Shown here piece by piece: positions 51,407-63,338 of a stretch of 64,000 nt of DNA (position 1 is its first letter; each line of letters opens with the position of its first letter). The position numbers and the translations under genes are program-made. Below the pieces are notes generated by a model. That model was not told where the DNA came from, searched no databases, and worked only from the letters and a program-made list of their open reading frames with translations. This DNA comes from Burkholderiales bacterium (GTDB lineage: Bacteria; Pseudomonadota; Gammaproteobacteria; Burkholderiales; Burkholderiaceae_C), in contig JANNWL010000227.1 in NCBI GenBank assembly GCA_031414735.1, positions 1,909 through 65,908 of the forward strand, written 5' to 3'.

Positions 51407-51497
51407 TGGCGGAAGGGGCGGGATTCGAACCCGCGGAGGGCTGTTAACCCTCACATGCTTTCCAGGCATGCGACTTAAACCGCTCATCCACCCTTCC
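51407..51497 (-). tRNA. tRNA-Ser(GGA)
   Basis: 91-nt cloverleaf, anticodon arm CATGC-CTGGAAA-GCATG, long variable arm, GTTCGAATC, encoded CCA; TAGAAT -10 box at 51511-51516. Confidence 0.97.
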
Positions 51498-51523
51498 GAG
51501 CAAGCACGGGATTCTAGCCTTGC

Positions 51524-51904
51524 TCAGCCTTGCGGCGCGGGCGCCAAAGCGTGCTTGCGCAGCCAGTCCAGCAGCACGTACTCCAGGGCCTTGGCGTGTG
51601 TGCACTCCAGCACCACGGAAGGCGCGCAGCCGGCCTCGTAGGCCTCGCGCCAGCGCAAGGCACACACGCACCAGCGGTCGCCGGGCGCCAGGCCCTTGAA
51701 GCGGTGCTCGGGCCGAGGGGTGATGAGGTCGTTGCCACGCTCCATCTGAAAGTTCAGGAATTCCACCGTCATGCGGGCGCAGACGACGTGGCTGCCGTGG
51801 TCCTGCTCGTCGGTTTCGCAGCAACCGTCGCGGTACCAGCCCGTCAGCGGGTCGTAGGAGCAGGGCACCAAGGGCGTGCCCAGAACGTTCATGGACTGGC
51901 TCAT
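51524..51904 (-). CDS. DUF2237 family protein
   Basis: NVLGTPL, TGWYRDGCC, GNDLITP, GDRWCVCALRW. Confidence 0.92.
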   Translation of the reverse strand: MSQSMNVLGTPLVPCSYDPLTGWYRDGCCETDEQDHGSHVVCARMTVEFLNFQMERGNDLITPRPEHRFKGLAPGDRWCVCALRWREAYEAGCAPSVVLECTHAKALEYVLLDWLRKHALAPAPQG

Positions 51905-52815
51905 GGTCCGACCTTGCCGCCCTTGATCAGGCTCATGGCCGTGCCAATCAACGCCGAGACCTCGCTCATGTTGCCCGGCACGATCATCGTGTTGTTGGTC
52001 TTGGCCAGGTGGCCATAGGCCTCGACCGCCTTTTCTGCCACCTTCAATTGCACCGCCTGTTCGCCTCCGGGTTGCTGGATGGCTGCGGCGATCTTGCGGA
52101 TGGCATCGGCCGTGGCGTCGGCGACCGCGGTGATGGCGGCGGCCTCACCGGCGGCGTTGTTGATCTCGGCCTGTTTCTCGCCCTCGGAGCGCGCGATGAA
52201 GGCCTCGCGCTCGCCAGTGGCGATGTTGATCTGTTCCTGGCGCCGGCCCTCTGAGGCGGCGATCAGCGCACGCTTTTCACGCTCGGCGGTGATTTGCGCC
52301 TGCATGGCGTGCAGGATGGCCGCCGGCGGCGTCAGGTCCTTGATTTCGTAGCGCAGCACCTTCACGCCCCAGTTCATGGCGGCTTCGTCCAGGGCGTTGA
52401 CGACGCCGGCGTTGATCAGGTCGCGCTCTTCAAAGGTCTTGTCGAGCTCCATCTTGCCGACCACGCTGCGCAGCGTGGTCTGCGCCAGCTGGGTGATGGC
52501 CACGATGTAGTCGCTGCTGCCGTAGCTGGCGCGCATGGGGTCGGTGACCTGGAAGTACAGGATGCCGTCGACCGTGAGCTGCGTGTTGTCACGCGTGATG
52601 CAGACCTGGCTGGGCACGTCCAGCGGCACCTCTTTCAGCGAATGCTTGTAGGCCACGCGGTCGACAAAGGGCACCACGATACTCAGGCCCGGGCTCAGCG
52701 TGCGGTCATACCTGCCCAGGCGCTCGACGACCCAGGCGTTCTGCTGCGGCACGATCTTCAGCGCGCGGACGATGAAGATGACCGCAACGACGACGATGAC
52801 GAGGGCGATTTCCAT
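51901..52815 (-). CDS. SPFH/stomatin-like (QmcA/paraslipin) membrane protein
   Basis: WVVERLG, ITRDN, QTTLRSVVG, WGVKVLRYEIKD, QITAEREKRA. Confidence 0.95.
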   Translation of the reverse strand: MEIALVIVVVAVIFIVRALKIVPQQNAWVVERLGRYDRTLSPGLSIVVPFVDRVAYKHSLKEVPLDVPSQVCITRDNTQLTVDGILYFQVTDPMRASYGSSDYIVAITQLAQTTLRSVVGKMELDKTFEERDLINAGVVNALDEAAMNWGVKVLRYEIKDLTPPAAILHAMQAQITAEREKRALIAASEGRRQEQINIATGEREAFIARSEGEKQAEINNAAGEAAAITAVADATADAIRKIAAAIQQPGGEQAVQLKVAEKAVEAYGHLAKTNNTMIVPGNMSEVSALIGTAMSLIKGGKVGP

Positions 52816-52832
52816 GTTCACTTTCGCTGCTT

Positions 52833-53273
52833 TCAGTGTCTAGGGGCCGGGGCCACGCGAAGTTCGTTGCCGCTCAGCGCCACGATCACGTGTTCGCCTG
52901 GGTGCGGTTGGCCCGGGCCCGCGAAGCGCACCGACCAGGCGGCGCCGCGGTAGTTGACTCGGGCCGAGCCGTCGTCGGCCCAGGCGGGCACCTGCACCGG
53001 GCTGCCGATGTCCAGGATGACGTTGCGGTTGCTCTCTACAGGGTCTGGTGCCGGCTGGCGCATGCGTTTGATGTGCCAGCCAGCGGTGGCACCGGCGCCC
53101 ACCAAGGCGGCAGCCACCATCTGCGGTGTGCTGGCCAGACCGACCTGCGCCGCCAGTGCGCCGGCAGCACAGCCCAGGGCCAGCATCAACAGATAGAAGG
53201 TGCCCGTGGCCAGTTCAGCCGCCACCAGAACGCCGGCCACCACCCACCACCAAGTCGACGCGTTCCAGTCCAT
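52833..53273 (-). CDS. NfeD family membrane protein
   Basis: AELATGTFYLL, RVNYRGAAW; canonical partner directly upstream of SPFH. Confidence 0.93.
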   Translation of the reverse strand: MDWNASTWWWVVAGVLVAAELATGTFYLLMLALGCAAGALAAQVGLASTPQMVAAALVGAGATAGWHIKRMRQPAPDPVESNRNVILDIGSPVQVPAWADDGSARVNYRGAAWSVRFAGPGQPHPGEHVIVALSGNELRVAPAPRH

Positions 53274-53383
53274 CGTTGTCTCCTGGGGACACCCCTGCGA
53301 TTTCCGAGTTTAGCGACACGATGGCAAGCGGTTCACGCGCCTACACTCCGCGCTCATTTGAAACCCGCCCCGAGGCTGCCGCC

Positions 53384-55783
53384 ATGATCCGTTTTCGCTT
53401 CCCCATCGTCATCATCGACGAGGACTTTCGTTCAGAAAACACGTCCGGACTGGGCATCCGCGCCCTGGCCGACGCCATCGAGAAAGAGGGCCTGGAGGTG
53501 CTGGGGGCCACCAGCTACGGTGACCTGAGTCAGTTTGCGCAACAGCAAAGCCGCGCCAGTGCCTTCATCCTGAGCATCGACGACGAGGAGTTCACGCCCG
53601 GCCCCGAGCTCGACCCGGCAGTGCTGAACCTGCGCAAGTTCATCGAAGAGATCCGCTTCAAGAACGCCGACATCCCGATCTACATCTACGGCGAGACGCG
53701 CACCAGCCAGCACATCCCCAACGACATCCTGCGCGAGCTGCACGGCTTCATCCACATGTTCGAGGACACGCCGGAGTTCGTGGCCCGGCACATCATTCGC
53801 GAAGCCCGCAGCTACCTCGACGGGCTGGCGCCGCCGTTCTTCAAGGCGCTGATGGACTACGCGCAGGACGGCTCCTACTCATGGCACTGCCCGGGGCACT
53901 CGGGCGGTGTGGCCTTTCTGAAGAGCCCCGTCGGACAAATGTTCCACCAGTTTTTCGGCGAGAACATGCTGCGCGCCGACGTCTGCAACTCGGTGGAAGA
54001 ACTGGGCCAGTTGCTCGACCACACCGGCCCGATCGCCCACAGCGAGAAGAACGCCGCGCGCATCTTCAATGCCGATCACTGTTTCTTCGTCACCAACGGC
54101 ACCAGCACCAGCAACAAGATGGTCTGGCACCACACGGTGGCGCCGGGCGACGTGGTGGTGGTCGATCGCAACTGCCACAAAAGCATCCTGCACAGCATCA
54201 TCATGACCGGCGCGGTGCCGGTGTTCCTGACGCCCACGCGCAACCACCACGGCATCATCGGGCCGATCCCGCAGAGCGAGTTTTCGCCCGAGGCCATCCG
54301 CAAGAAGATCGCAGCCAACCCGCTGTTGGCTGGCGTGGACCCGGCCACTGTGCAGCCGCGCATCCTGACATTGACGCAAAGCACCTACGACGGCGTTCTG
54401 TACAACACCGAGACCATCAAGCACGCGCTGGACGGCTACATCGACACGTTGCACTTCGACGAAGCCTGGCTGCCGCACGCCGCCTTCCACAAGTTCTACG
54501 GCGAGTTCCATTCCATGGGCAAGAACCGCGCGCGGCCGAAGAACCAGCTCGTGTTTGCCACGCAGAGCACGCACAAGCTGCTGGCCGGGATCAGCCAGGC
54601 CAGTCAGGTGCTTGTGCAGGACGCGGTGGACCGCAAGCTGGACCGCCACCTCTTCAACGAGGCCTATCTGATGCACACCAGCACCAGTCCGCAGTACGCC
54701 ATCATTGCGAGCTGCGACGTGGCTGCGGCCATGATGGAGGCGCCGGGTGGCCCGGCGCTGGTCGAGGAGAGCATTGCCGAATCGCTGGACTTTCGCCGCG
54801 CCATGCGCAAGGTGGACAAGGAGTACGGCCGCGACTGGTGGTTCAAGGTGTGGGGGCCGGACAAGCTGAACAGCGAAGGCATCGGCAAGAGCCGCGACTG
54901 GATCCTGAAGGCCGGCGACAAGTGGCACGGCTTCGGCAATCTGGCCGACGGCTTCAACCTGCTGGACCCCATCAAGTGCACCATCGTCACGCCAGGGCTC
55001 GACCTGTCGGGCAGGTTCGCGAAGGAGGGCATCCCGGCCAGCATCGTCACCAAGTTCCTGGCCGAGCATGGCGTGGTGGTCGAGAAGACGGGGCTGTACT
55101 CGTTCTTCATCATGTTCACCATCGGCATCACCAAGGGCCGCTGGAACACCCTGTTGACGGCGCTGCAGCAGTTCAAGGACGACTACGACCGCAACGCGCC
55201 CATGTGGCGCATCCTTCCGGAGTTCTGCGCCGCGCATCCACGCTATGAACGCATGGGGCTGAAAGACCTGAGCCAGTCCATCCACCAAACCTATGCCAAG
55301 GGTGACATCGCGCGCCTGGTGACGGAGATGTACTTGTCCGACCTGCAGCCGGCCATGAAGCCCAGCGATGCCTTCGCCCACATTGCGCACCGCAAAACAG
55401 AGCGCGTGGGCATCGACGAGCTCGAAGGGCGCATCACGACATCGCTGCTCACGCCGTACCCGCCGGGGATCCCCCTGTTGATCCCGGGTGAGCGATTCAA
55501 CAAAAAAATCGTTGACTACCTGCGCTTCACGCGCGAGTTCAATGCCGCGTTCCCGGGCTTCGACACGGACGTGCACGGTCTGGTGGAAGACGACGCGCCC
55601 GGGGCGGCTCGTCGCTACTACGTGGATTGCGTACGGGCGACGGAGCCGGCGACTGCCGCGGTGGTCAAGGCACCAGCCAAGGCGCGAGTGAAAGCAACTG
55701 CCAAGGTGGCGCCGGCCATTCCGGCCGCTTCGGCGGCTGCGGCTGACAAGCCGCGACAGCGGCGGCGGGCATCAAGCGTCTGA
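53384..55783 (+). CDS. Arginine/lysine/ornithine decarboxylase (wing-domain, PLP-dependent)
   Basis: [12 protein letters not shown] wing domain, [38 protein letters not shown]. Confidence 0.96.
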   Translation: MIRFRFPIVIIDEDFRSENTSGLGIRALADAIEKEGLEVLGATSYGDLSQFAQQQSRASAFILSIDDEEFTPGPELDPAVLNLRKFIEEIRFKNADIPIYIYGETRTSQHIPNDILRELHGFIHMFEDTPEFVARHIIREARSYLDGLAPPFFKALMDYAQDGSYSWHCPGHSGGVAFLKSPVGQMFHQFFGENMLRADVCNSVEELGQLLDHTGPIAHSEKNAARIFNADHCFFVTNGTSTSNKMVWHHTVAPGDVVVVDRNCHKSILHSIIMTGAVPVFLTPTRNHHGIIGPIPQSEFSPEAIRKKIAANPLLAGVDPATVQPRILTLTQSTYDGVLYNTETIKHALDGYIDTLHFDEAWLPHAAFHKFYGEFHSMGKNRARPKNQLVFATQSTHKLLAGISQASQVLVQDAVDRKLDRHLFNEAYLMHTSTSPQYAIIASCDVAAAMMEAPGGPALVEESIAESLDFRRAMRKVDKEYGRDWWFKVWGPDKLNSEGIGKSRDWILKAGDKWHGFGNLADGFNLLDPIKCTIVTPGLDLSGRFAKEGIPASIVTKFLAEHGVVVEKTGLYSFFIMFTIGITKGRWNTLLTALQQFKDDYDRNAPMWRILPEFCAAHPRYERMGLKDLSQSIHQTYAKGDIARLVTEMYLSDLQPAMKPSDAFAHIAHRKTERVGIDELEGRITTSLLTPYPPGIPLLIPGERFNKKIVDYLRFTREFNAAFPGFDTDVHGLVEDDAPGAARRYYVDCVRATEPATAAVVKAPAKARVKATAKVAPAIPAASAAAADKPRQRRRASSV

Positions 55784-56563
55784 ACCCAGGTCGCCGCCCA
55801 TCACGTGGCTGAAGCCGCCGTCGACGAACACGATCTCGGCAGTGACGCCGGCGGCCAAGTCGGACATCAGGAAGGCCGCCACATTGCCTACATCATGGAT
55901 CGTGACATTGCGGCCCAACGGTGAGTTGCTGCCGACGACTTCCAGCATTTTTCCGAAGCCCTTGATGCCCGAGGCCGCCAGCGTTTTGATCGGCCCGGCC
56001 GACACCCCGTTGACACGCACTCCCTTGGGGCCGAGGCTGACGGCCAGGTAACGCACGCTGGCTTCCAGCGCAGCCTTGGCCATGCCCATGGTGTTGTAGT
56101 TCGGCACGGCGCGCTCCGACCCGAGATAGGTCAGCGTCAGCAACGCAGCGCCTGGCCTGAGCATGGGTGCCGCCGCCTTGGCCAGGGCCGGGAAGCTGTA
56201 GGCCGAGATGTCGTGGGCGAGGCGGAAGCCCTCGCGCGACAGGCCTTCCAGGAAGTCGCCGGCAATGGCCTCGCGCGGGGCGAAGCCTATTGAGTGCACG
56301 AAGCCATCGAACTGCGGCCAGGTCTGGCCCAGGTCGGCAAACAAGGCGGTGATCTGGGCGTCAACACCAACGTCGCAGTCGAAGATCATGGTGGAGCCGA
56401 ACTCGGCTGCAAAGTCGGCCGTGCGCTGGCGAAAACGCTCGCCGACGTAGCTGAAAGCCAGTTCGGCGCCCTGGTCGTGACAGGCCTTGGCGATGCCGTA
56501 AGCGATGGACCGGCTGGAAAGCACGCCAGTCACGAGAAATCGTTTGCCCTTCAGAAAACCCAT
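55772..56563 (-). CDS. fabI: Enoyl-ACP reductase FabI
   Basis: [41 protein letters not shown]. Confidence 0.96.
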   Translation of the reverse strand: MGFLKGKRFLVTGVLSSRSIAYGIAKACHDQGAELAFSYVGERFRQRTADFAAEFGSTMIFDCDVGVDAQITALFADLGQTWPQFDGFVHSIGFAPREAIAGDFLEGLSREGFRLAHDISAYSFPALAKAAAPMLRPGAALLTLTYLGSERAVPNYNTMGMAKAALEASVRYLAVSLGPKGVRVNGVSAGPIKTLAASGIKGFGKMLEVVGSNSPLGRNVTIHDVGNVAAFLMSDLAAGVTAEIVFVDGGFSHVMGGDLGSDA

Positions 56564-56630
56564 GTCGCTTGTCCCTTGCATTGGAGCCGGCCGGATTCTG
56601 GCACGCAGTGGCGGCGGGACTGTGCCGCCA

Positions 56631-56659
56631 TTGCCCGGTAGAAATTGGCAGGCTATACT
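56631..56659 (+). promoter_or_regulatory. Sigma-70 promoter of the rimP-nusA-infB operon
   Basis: TTGCCC-N17-TATACT. Confidence 0.75.
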
Positions 56660-56684
56660 CCGGGCTTTCCCGGGTTGAGCTGCG

Positions 56685-56715
56685 TGGGCGGATAAGTTTC
56701 CAGCCCATTTTTTTT
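56685..56715 (+). promoter_or_regulatory. rimP leader hairpin / attenuator
   Basis: TGGGC...GCCCA stem followed by T8 just downstream of the promoter, matching the described rimP-leader pattern. Confidence 0.7.
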
Positions 56716-56838
56716 GCGCGACCGTCTTACAGTCTTGTCGGGGCCTGCCCCGCATGAGCGTCGTCAATGACGTCGTTCATGGGCTGCTCAGGCGGCCGTG
56801 GCAGCTCGGTCCGGCTGAACCAGACGGGCGGAGACGGT

Positions 56839-57561
56839 TTGAGCGAAAGCGGCATTCACGGCAAGAGCAAGGCCACGGGCAAGGGCGCAAAGCCTGGCTC
56901 GGGTGCGCCAGCGAGCCGGGTTCCGGGCCGCGCCTTGCGCCGCGGCGCGCCTGCTGCCGCGGTCCCTTTCGTCGAGCCTGTGGTGCGCCCCGGATGGCGC
57001 GAAGCCATCGAGCGCACAGTGCTTGGTCTGAACTACGAATTGGTGGATGTCGAACGCGCGCCGCGCGGCCTGCTGCGCATCTACATCGACCGGGTTGACG
57101 GGCACGTGTATGCCACGGGCGAGAGCGAGTTCATCCTGGTCGAGGACTGCGAACTGGTCACGCGCCATCTGCAGTACTCCCTGGAAGTCGACGGTGTCGA
57201 CTACGCCCGGTTGGAAGTGTCTTCGCCGGGTCTGGACCGGCCGCTGCGCCGCGAGGCCGATTACGAACGCTTCGCCGGACAGGCCGTCAACCTGACGCTG
57301 AAGCTGCCTTTCCAGGGCAGAAAAGTCTACAAAGGTGAGTTGCAGCGGGCCGAGGCCGGCTGGAGCCTGGAGTTCAGCGACGGAAAGACCGGGCAGGCTC
57401 AAGCCCTGGCCTTCACACTGGACGAAGTTCGTGAGGCACGTTTGGTGCCCGTGCTTGATTTCAAGGGGCGCGGCAGGGACAAAGGCCCTGAAGCCGCGCA
57501 AGTGCTGGCGCCCGGGGCGCAGCCGGATACCGATGACAAGAGTGGAGACCTGAATCGATGA
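56839..57561 (+). CDS. rimP: Ribosome maturation factor RimP
   Basis: [37 protein letters not shown]; start uncertain (TTG 56839 with GGAG RBS, or GTG 56980). Confidence 0.92.
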   Translation: MSESGIHGKSKATGKGAKPGSGAPASRVPGRALRRGAPAAAVPFVEPVVRPGWREAIERTVLGLNYELVDVERAPRGLLRIYIDRVDGHVYATGESEFILVEDCELVTRHLQYSLEVDGVDYARLEVSSPGLDRPLRREADYERFAGQAVNLTLKLPFQGRKVYKGELQRAEAGWSLEFSDGKTGQAQALAFTLDEVREARLVPVLDFKGRGRDKGPEAAQVLAPGAQPDTDDKSGDLNR

Positions 57562-59036
57562 ATCGCGAAATGCTGATGTTGGTGGATGCCATCTCGCGCG
57601 AGAAGACCGTGGACCTCGAGGTGGTCTTCGGCGCTGTCGAGGCCGCATTGGCCTCGGCCTCGAAAAAGCTGCATGGCGGCGAGGTTGACATGCGCGTTGC
57701 AGTCGACCGCGACACTGGCGAGTACGAGACCTTCCGCCGCTGGTTGGTGGTGCCCGACAGCGCCGGCCTGCAGAACCCGGACGCCGAAGAACTGCTGTCC
57801 GAGGCGCTGGACCGCATCCCTGACATCGAGGAAGGCGACTACATCGAAGAAGCCGTCGAATCCGTCACCATCGGTCGTATCGGCGCGCAAGCGGCCAAAC
57901 AGGTCATCCTGCAGAAGATTCGGGACGCCGAGCGGGAACAGTTGCTCAACGATTTCCTGTCGCGCGGCGACAAGGTTTTCGTCGGCACGGTCAAGCGGCT
58001 GGACAAGGGCGACACCATCGTCGAGTCGGGCCGGGTCGAGGGTCGCTTGAAGCGCACCGAGATGATCCCCAAGGAAAACCTGCGCACCGGCGACCGCGTG
58101 CGGGCCTTCATCCTGGGCGTGGACCCGACGCAGCGTGGCGCGCAGATCATGTTGTCGCGCAGCGCACCGGGCTTCATGATGGAGCTCTTCGCCCAGGAAG
58201 TGCCCGAGATCGAACAAGGCCTGCTGGAGATCAAGAGCTGCGCCCGCGACCCGGGCTCGCGTGCCAAGATCGCCGTGGTCTCGCACGACCGCCGGGTCGA
58301 CCCCATCGGCACCTGCGTGGGTGTTCGCGGCTCGCGCGTGAACGGCGTGACGACCGAACTGGCCGGTGAGCGTGTCGACATCGTGCTGTGGTCCGACGAC
58401 CCGGCGCAGTTCGTCATCGGCGCACTGGCCCCGGCGAACGTGCAGTCCATCGTCGTCGACGAAGAGCGCCACGCCATGGATGTGGTGGTTGACGAAGAAA
58501 ACCTCGCCATTGCCATCGGTCGCGGCGGTCAGAACGTGCGCCTGGCGTCCGAGCTCACGGGTTGGCGCATCAACATCATGTCGGCCGAAGAGTCGCAGGC
58601 CAAGCAGGCCACCGAAACGCACTCGGCACGTCAACTGTTCGTCGACAAGCTGGACGTCGACGAGGAAGTCGCCGACATCCTGATCGCAGAAGGCTTCACC
58701 AGCCTGGAAGAAGTGGCGTATGTGCCGCTGCAGGAGATGTTGGAGATCGAGAGCTTCGACGAAGACACGGTGCAGGAACTGCGCACCCGCGCCAAGGATG
58801 CCCTGTTGACCATGGAAATCGAACGCGAAGAGCAGGTTGAAGAAGTCTCGCAGGACCTGCGAGACCTGGACGATCTTGAGCCCGAGTTGATGGCCAAGCT
58901 GGCTGCTGGCGGCGTGCACAAGCGCGACGACCTGGCCGACCTGGCCGTCGACGAGCTGACCGAAATGACAGGCATGGACGATGAGCGTGCCCGCACGCTG
59001 ATCATGAAGGCACGCGAGCACTGGTTCACTGCCTGA
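57558..59036 (+). CDS. nusA: Transcription factor NusA
   Basis: [41 protein letters not shown], two C-terminal HhH repeats. Confidence 0.98.
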   Translation: MNREMLMLVDAISREKTVDLEVVFGAVEAALASASKKLHGGEVDMRVAVDRDTGEYETFRRWLVVPDSAGLQNPDAEELLSEALDRIPDIEEGDYIEEAVESVTIGRIGAQAAKQVILQKIRDAEREQLLNDFLSRGDKVFVGTVKRLDKGDTIVESGRVEGRLKRTEMIPKENLRTGDRVRAFILGVDPTQRGAQIMLSRSAPGFMMELFAQEVPEIEQGLLEIKSCARDPGSRAKIAVVSHDRRVDPIGTCVGVRGSRVNGVTTELAGERVDIVLWSDDPAQFVIGALAPANVQSIVVDEERHAMDVVVDEENLAIAIGRGGQNVRLASELTGWRINIMSAEESQAKQATETHSARQLFVDKLDVDEEVADILIAEGFTSLEEVAYVPLQEMLEIESFDEDTVQELRTRAKDALLTMEIEREEQVEEVSQDLRDLDDLEPELMAKLAAGGVHKRDDLADLAVDELTEMTGMDDERARTLIMKAREHWFTA

Positions 59037-59087
59037 CCTGAACCTGCCGCCACGCCCCCCCAGAAAACCTCCGAGGACACACGACAC

Positions 59088-61952
59088 ATGGCCGTGACTA
59101 CCGTCGCCCAGTTCGCCACGCAGCTGAACCGCCCCACCACGGCGCTGCTTGAGCAGCTGCAATCGGCCGGCGTGACCAAGCAGTCCGCCGACGACGCGCT
59201 GACCGAGAACGACAAAGAGCGTTTGCTCGACTTCCTGCGCACGTCGCACGGCACCGTACCGAGCGCCGAGCGCAAGAAAATCACGTTGGTGAAGAAGTCC
59301 ACCACCGAGATCAAGCAGGCCGACAGCAGCGGCCGTGCACGCACCATCCAGGTGGAAGTGCGGAAGAAGCGCGTCTTCGTCAAACGCGACGATCTGGCCC
59401 CGGGTGTTGAAGAGGACAGCGGTCCCAGCGCCGAAGATCTGGACCTGAAGCGACGCGAAGAAGAAGCCAGCGCCCAGGCCCAGGCCATGCGCGAACAGGA
59501 GGCCGAGTTGGCCGCCGCGGCAGAAGCACGCCGCCTGCGCGAAGAGCAGGAGCAACAGGCGCGCGAAGCCGCTGCCGCTGCGGCGGCTCAGGCCGCGGCA
59601 AAGCTTGCTGCAGACGCCGCAGCCGAGGCGGCCGCTGCGGCGCTCGCCAAACCGGCTGAAGGCGGCAAGGGCGCCAAGGCCGCCGAACCGGCTGAGCCGG
59701 TCAAGGTTGTCGAGCCCGTCAAAGCGGCAGAGCCCCCGGCCAAGCCCGCGCTGCGCATCGTCAAGGCCGCCGACAAGGCCGCCGAGGACACCGCGCGGCT
59801 GGACGACCTGACGCGGCGCCGCAAAGCTGCCGAGACCGAGGCCGCGGCAATCCGGGCCATGATGTCGGCGCCCAAGAAGGTGCTGATTGCCAAGAAGCCC
59901 GAAGAAGTCAAGCCGGATGCCGCCAAAGAGGCCATCAAGGGCACCATCCACAAGCCCAAGGCGGCACCCGGTGCCACGCCCGGCACAACGGTGGCCAAGG
60001 CCGGTGACAAGAAACAGGTCAAGTCAGAAAAGCTGTCATCCAGCTGGGCCGACGATGCCGCCAAGAAGCGCGCCGCGCTCAAGGGCCGCACCGATTCCAG
60101 AGGCGGCGGCGCAGGTTGGCGTGCCCCGCGCGGTGGCGCGCGCCGCGGCGATCGGGCCGACGGCAGTTCCGGCTTCACGCCTGCCGCCGAGGCCACGGTG
60201 CAGGAAGTGCACATCCCCGAGACGATCTCGGTGGCCGATTTGGCCCACAAGATGAGCGTCAAGGCCAGCGAGGTCATCAAGCAGCTCATGAAGCTGGGCC
60301 AGATGGTCAGCATCAACCAGCAGCTCGACCAGGAGACGGCAATGATCGTCGTCGAGGAAATGGGCCACAAGGCGCTGGCCGCCATGTTGGACGACCCGGA
60401 GGCCTTTACCGAGGAGGAAACGGCGGCGCAATCGGCCGAAGAAGTCTCGCGCGCGCCGGTGGTCACCGTGATGGGTCACGTCGACCACGGCAAGACCTCG
60501 TTGCTCGACTACATTCGCCGCGCCCGTGTGGCGGCAGGCGAAGCCGGTGGCATCACGCAGCATATTGGCGCCTACCACGTCGAAACGCCGCGCGGCATGA
60601 TCACCTTCCTGGACACCCCCGGACACGCCGCCTTCACGGCGATGCGGGCTCGCGGCGCCAAAGCCACCGACATCGTCATCCTGGTCGTGGCTGCTGATGA
60701 CGGCGTTATGCCGCAGACCAAGGAGGCCATTGCCCACGCCAAGGCGGCGGGCGTGCCCATCGTCGTGGCGATGAACAAGATCGACAAGCCCGACGCCAAC
60801 GTCGAGCGCGTCAAGGCCGAGTTGGTCGCCGAGGGTGTGATTCCTGAAGACTTCGGCGGTGAATCACCCTTCGTGGGTGTCTCGGCCAAGATGGGCACCG
60901 GCATCGACACGCTGCTCGAGCAAGTGCTTCTGCAGGCCGAAGTGCTGGAACTCAAGGCGCCCACCGCTGCCGCAGCCAAGGGCCTGGTCATCGAAGCCCG
61001 TCTGGACAAGGGCCGCGGCCCGGTGGCCACCGTGCTGGTGCAGTCAGGCACCTTGAAGAAGGGCGACATCATCCTGGCCGGCAGCAGCTACGGCCGCGTG
61101 CGTGCCATGCTGGACGAAGACGGCAAGGCGACTGAATCGGCCGGGCCATCGATGCCCGTGGAGATCCAGGGTCTGACCGAGGTGCCGCGAGCCGGTGACG
61201 AGTTCATGGTGCTGTCCGACGAACGCCGTGCGCGCGAGATCGCCACCTTCCGCCAGGGCAAGTACCGCGAGGTCAACCTCAACCGCCGTCAGGCCGCCAA
61301 GCTCGAAGGCATGTTCGAGAACATGGGCGAAACCGCAGCGCAGACGCTGTCGCTCATCGTCAAGGCCGACGTGCAGGGTTCGCAGGAAGCGCTGGCGCAG
61401 TCGCTGCTCAAACTCAGCACGCCCGAAGTGCGGGTGCAGATCGTGCACGCGGCCGTGGGCGGCATCAGCGAGAGCGACATCAATCTGGCCATCGCGTCCA
61501 AGGCCGTCATCATCGGCTTCAACACGCGGGCCGATGCCGGTGCGCGCAAGCTGGCCGAAAACAACGGCGTGGACCTGCGCTACTACAACATCATCTACGA
61601 CGCCGTCGACGAGGTGAAGGCCGCCATGACCGGCATGCTGGCGCCGGAGCAGAAGGAAGAAGTCATCGGCACCGCCGAGATCCGCACCGTGTTCGTGGCC
61701 AGCAAGATCGGTACCGTGGCTGGCAGCATGATCACCGCCGGCCGCGTGTTGCGCGGTGCCCGCTTCCGCTTGCTGCGCGAGAACATCGTCGTCTACACCG
61801 GCGAGATCGAATCCGTGAAGCGCATGAAGGACGACGTGCGCGAGGTGTCCGAAGGCTTCGAATGCGGTATCAAGCTGAAGAACTACAACGACATCAAGGA
61901 AGGCGATCAGTTGGAGTTCTTCGAAGTCAAGGAAGTGGCCCGGAGCCTCTAG
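59088..61952 (+). CDS. infB: Translation initiation factor IF-2
   Basis: [33 protein letters not shown]. Confidence 0.99.
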   Translation: MAVTTVAQFATQLNRPTTALLEQLQSAGVTKQSADDALTENDKERLLDFLRTSHGTVPSAERKKITLVKKSTTEIKQADSSGRARTIQVEVRKKRVFVKRDDLAPGVEEDSGPSAEDLDLKRREEEASAQAQAMREQEAELAAAAEARRLREEQEQQAREAAAAAAAQAAAKLAADAAAEAAAAALAKPAEGGKGAKAAEPAEPVKVVEPVKAAEPPAKPALRIVKAADKAAEDTARLDDLTRRRKAAETEAAAIRAMMSAPKKVLIAKKPEEVKPDAAKEAIKGTIHKPKAAPGATPGTTVAKAGDKKQVKSEKLSSSWADDAAKKRAALKGRTDSRGGGAGWRAPRGGARRGDRADGSSGFTPAAEATVQEVHIPETISVADLAHKMSVKASEVIKQLMKLGQMVSINQQLDQETAMIVVEEMGHKALAAMLDDPEAFTEEETAAQSAEEVSRAPVVTVMGHVDHGKTSLLDYIRRARVAAGEAGGITQHIGAYHVETPRGMITFLDTPGHAAFTAMRARGAKATDIVILVVAADDGVMPQTKEAIAHAKAAGVPIVVAMNKIDKPDANVERVKAELVAEGVIPEDFGGESPFVGVSAKMGTGIDTLLEQVLLQAEVLELKAPTAAAAKGLVIEARLDKGRGPVATVLVQSGTLKKGDIILAGSSYGRVRAMLDEDGKATESAGPSMPVEIQGLTEVPRAGDEFMVLSDERRAREIATFRQGKYREVNLNRRQAAKLEGMFENMGETAAQTLSLIVKADVQGSQEALAQSLLKLSTPEVRVQIVHAAVGGISESDINLAIASKAVIIGFNTRADAGARKLAENNGVDLRYYNIIYDAVDEVKAAMTGMLAPEQKEEVIGTAEIRTVFVASKIGTVAGSMITAGRVLRGARFRLLRENIVVYTGEIESVKRMKDDVREVSEGFECGIKLKNYNDIKEGDQLEFFEVKEVARSL

Positions 61953-61972
61953 GCGGACTTTGCCCTTCACGC

Positions 61973-62007
61973 AAACCCCGCCGACCGCAAGGAAGGCGGG
62001 GTTTGTT
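61973..62007 (+). terminator. Terminator-like hairpin between infB and rbfA
   Basis: AAACCCCGCC-(12 nt)-GGCGGGGTTT followed by GTT. Confidence 0.6.
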
Positions 62008-62037
62008 CTTGGGGCCCCCGACCTGACTTAAACACCC

Positions 62038-62403
62038 ATGCGACACAAGAAATCCACCGTCAACCGCAGCTTCCGCGTGGCCGACCAGATCCAGCGCGAT
62101 GTGGCTGTGCTCATCCGCGACCTGAAGGACCCGCGCGTGGGCATGGTCACCATCAACAGCGTCGAGGTCACGCCCGACTACGCGCATGCCCAGGTCTACT
62201 TCTCGGTGCTCATGGGCAGTGCCGACGAGAGCGGGCAGGCGCTGAACGAAGCCGCAGGCTTCCTGCGCAATGGCTTGTTCAAGAAGCTGGCCATCCACAC
62301 TGTGCCGACGCTGCACTTCCACTTCGACAAGACGACCGAACGCGCTGCCGACCTGTCGGCGTTGATCGCCCGCGCGAACTCGACGCGGGCCAAGGAAGAC
62401 TGA
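62038..62403 (+). CDS. rbfA: 30S ribosome-binding factor RbfA
   Basis: [36 protein letters not shown]. Confidence 0.97.
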   Translation: MRHKKSTVNRSFRVADQIQRDVAVLIRDLKDPRVGMVTINSVEVTPDYAHAQVYFSVLMGSADESGQALNEAAGFLRNGLFKKLAIHTVPTLHFHFDKTTERAADLSALIARANSTRAKED

Positions 62404-63334
62404 TGCAGCCGCGCCATCCGCTGTCTGCAAGGACGCCCCGGCGCCCGCTGCATGGCGTGCTGCTGCTGGACAAGCCCCTAGGCTGGACCAGCAACGACGC
62501 CTTGCAGAAGGCCAAGGGCATCCTGCGCGCCGAGAAGGGCGGGCACACAGGCACGCTGGATCCGCTGGCCACGGGCCTCTTGCCGCTGTGCTTCGGTGCG
62601 GCCACCAAGTTCAGCCAGGTCAGCCTGGACGCCGACAAGGGCTACCGCGCCACCCTGCGCCTGGGGCAGCGCACGACCACCGGCGACGCCGAGGGTGAAG
62701 TCACCGAAACGATGCCGGTGCAGACCGACGCCGAATCCATTGCCGCCGCCTGCGCCCGCTTCACCGGCCCGCAGGCCCAGATGCCGCCCATGCATTCGGC
62801 GCTCAAGCACCAGGGCCGGGCGCTGTACGAATACGCGCGGCAGGGCATCGAAGTCGAGCGTGCGGCCAGAAACGTGGTGATTCATCGAATCGACATCGTG
62901 TCCTGGCAAGCTGAACATCTCGTGCTCGACGTGAGCTGCAGCAAAGGCACCTACATCCGCACGCTGGCTGAAGACATCGGCACGGCGCTGGGTTGCGGCG
63001 CGCACCTGTCGGGCCTGCGCCGCACCTTCTGCGGCGGCCTCAGCCTGGACCGCGCCGTCAGCATCGACAGTCTCGCCGCCCTGCCAGAGGCCGAGCGCGA
63101 CGCGCTGCTGCTCCCCGCCGACAGCCTGCTGGCGGACTGGCCCGAGGTGCACCTGCCCGACGACGAAGCCGGCCGTTTCCTGACTGGCCTGCGCCGGCGC
63201 GTGCTTCTGGCCGATGCGCCGGCGGTTCGCGTGTATGCCGCCCACCCGCGTGCCTTCCTCGGCAGCGCCCACATCACCGCCGGCGAGCTCATCGCCGACC
63301 GCCTTTTGAGTCCCCTTGAAGTGACACTGCAGCC

Positions 63335-63338
<4 letters not shown>
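62403..63338 (+). CDS. truB: tRNA pseudouridine-55 synthase TruB
   Basis: [38 protein letters not shown]. Confidence 0.98.

Noticed and set aside
51040-51478. ORFs spanning tRNA-Ser(GGA), and 23097-23984 spanning tRNA-Ser(TGA)/apaH
   Set aside because: They translate tRNA or antisense sequence and show no protein features.
57399-59951. Very long antisense ORFs here and over flgK, glgP/glgC, glgX and the decarboxylase
   Set aside because: Expected in high-GC DNA with strong third-position bias, which depletes antisense stop codons; no motifs, and they fully overlap well-supported genes.
59450-60200. Ala/Glu/Lys/Pro-rich low-complexity region
   Set aside because: Normal variable N-terminal linker of IF-2.
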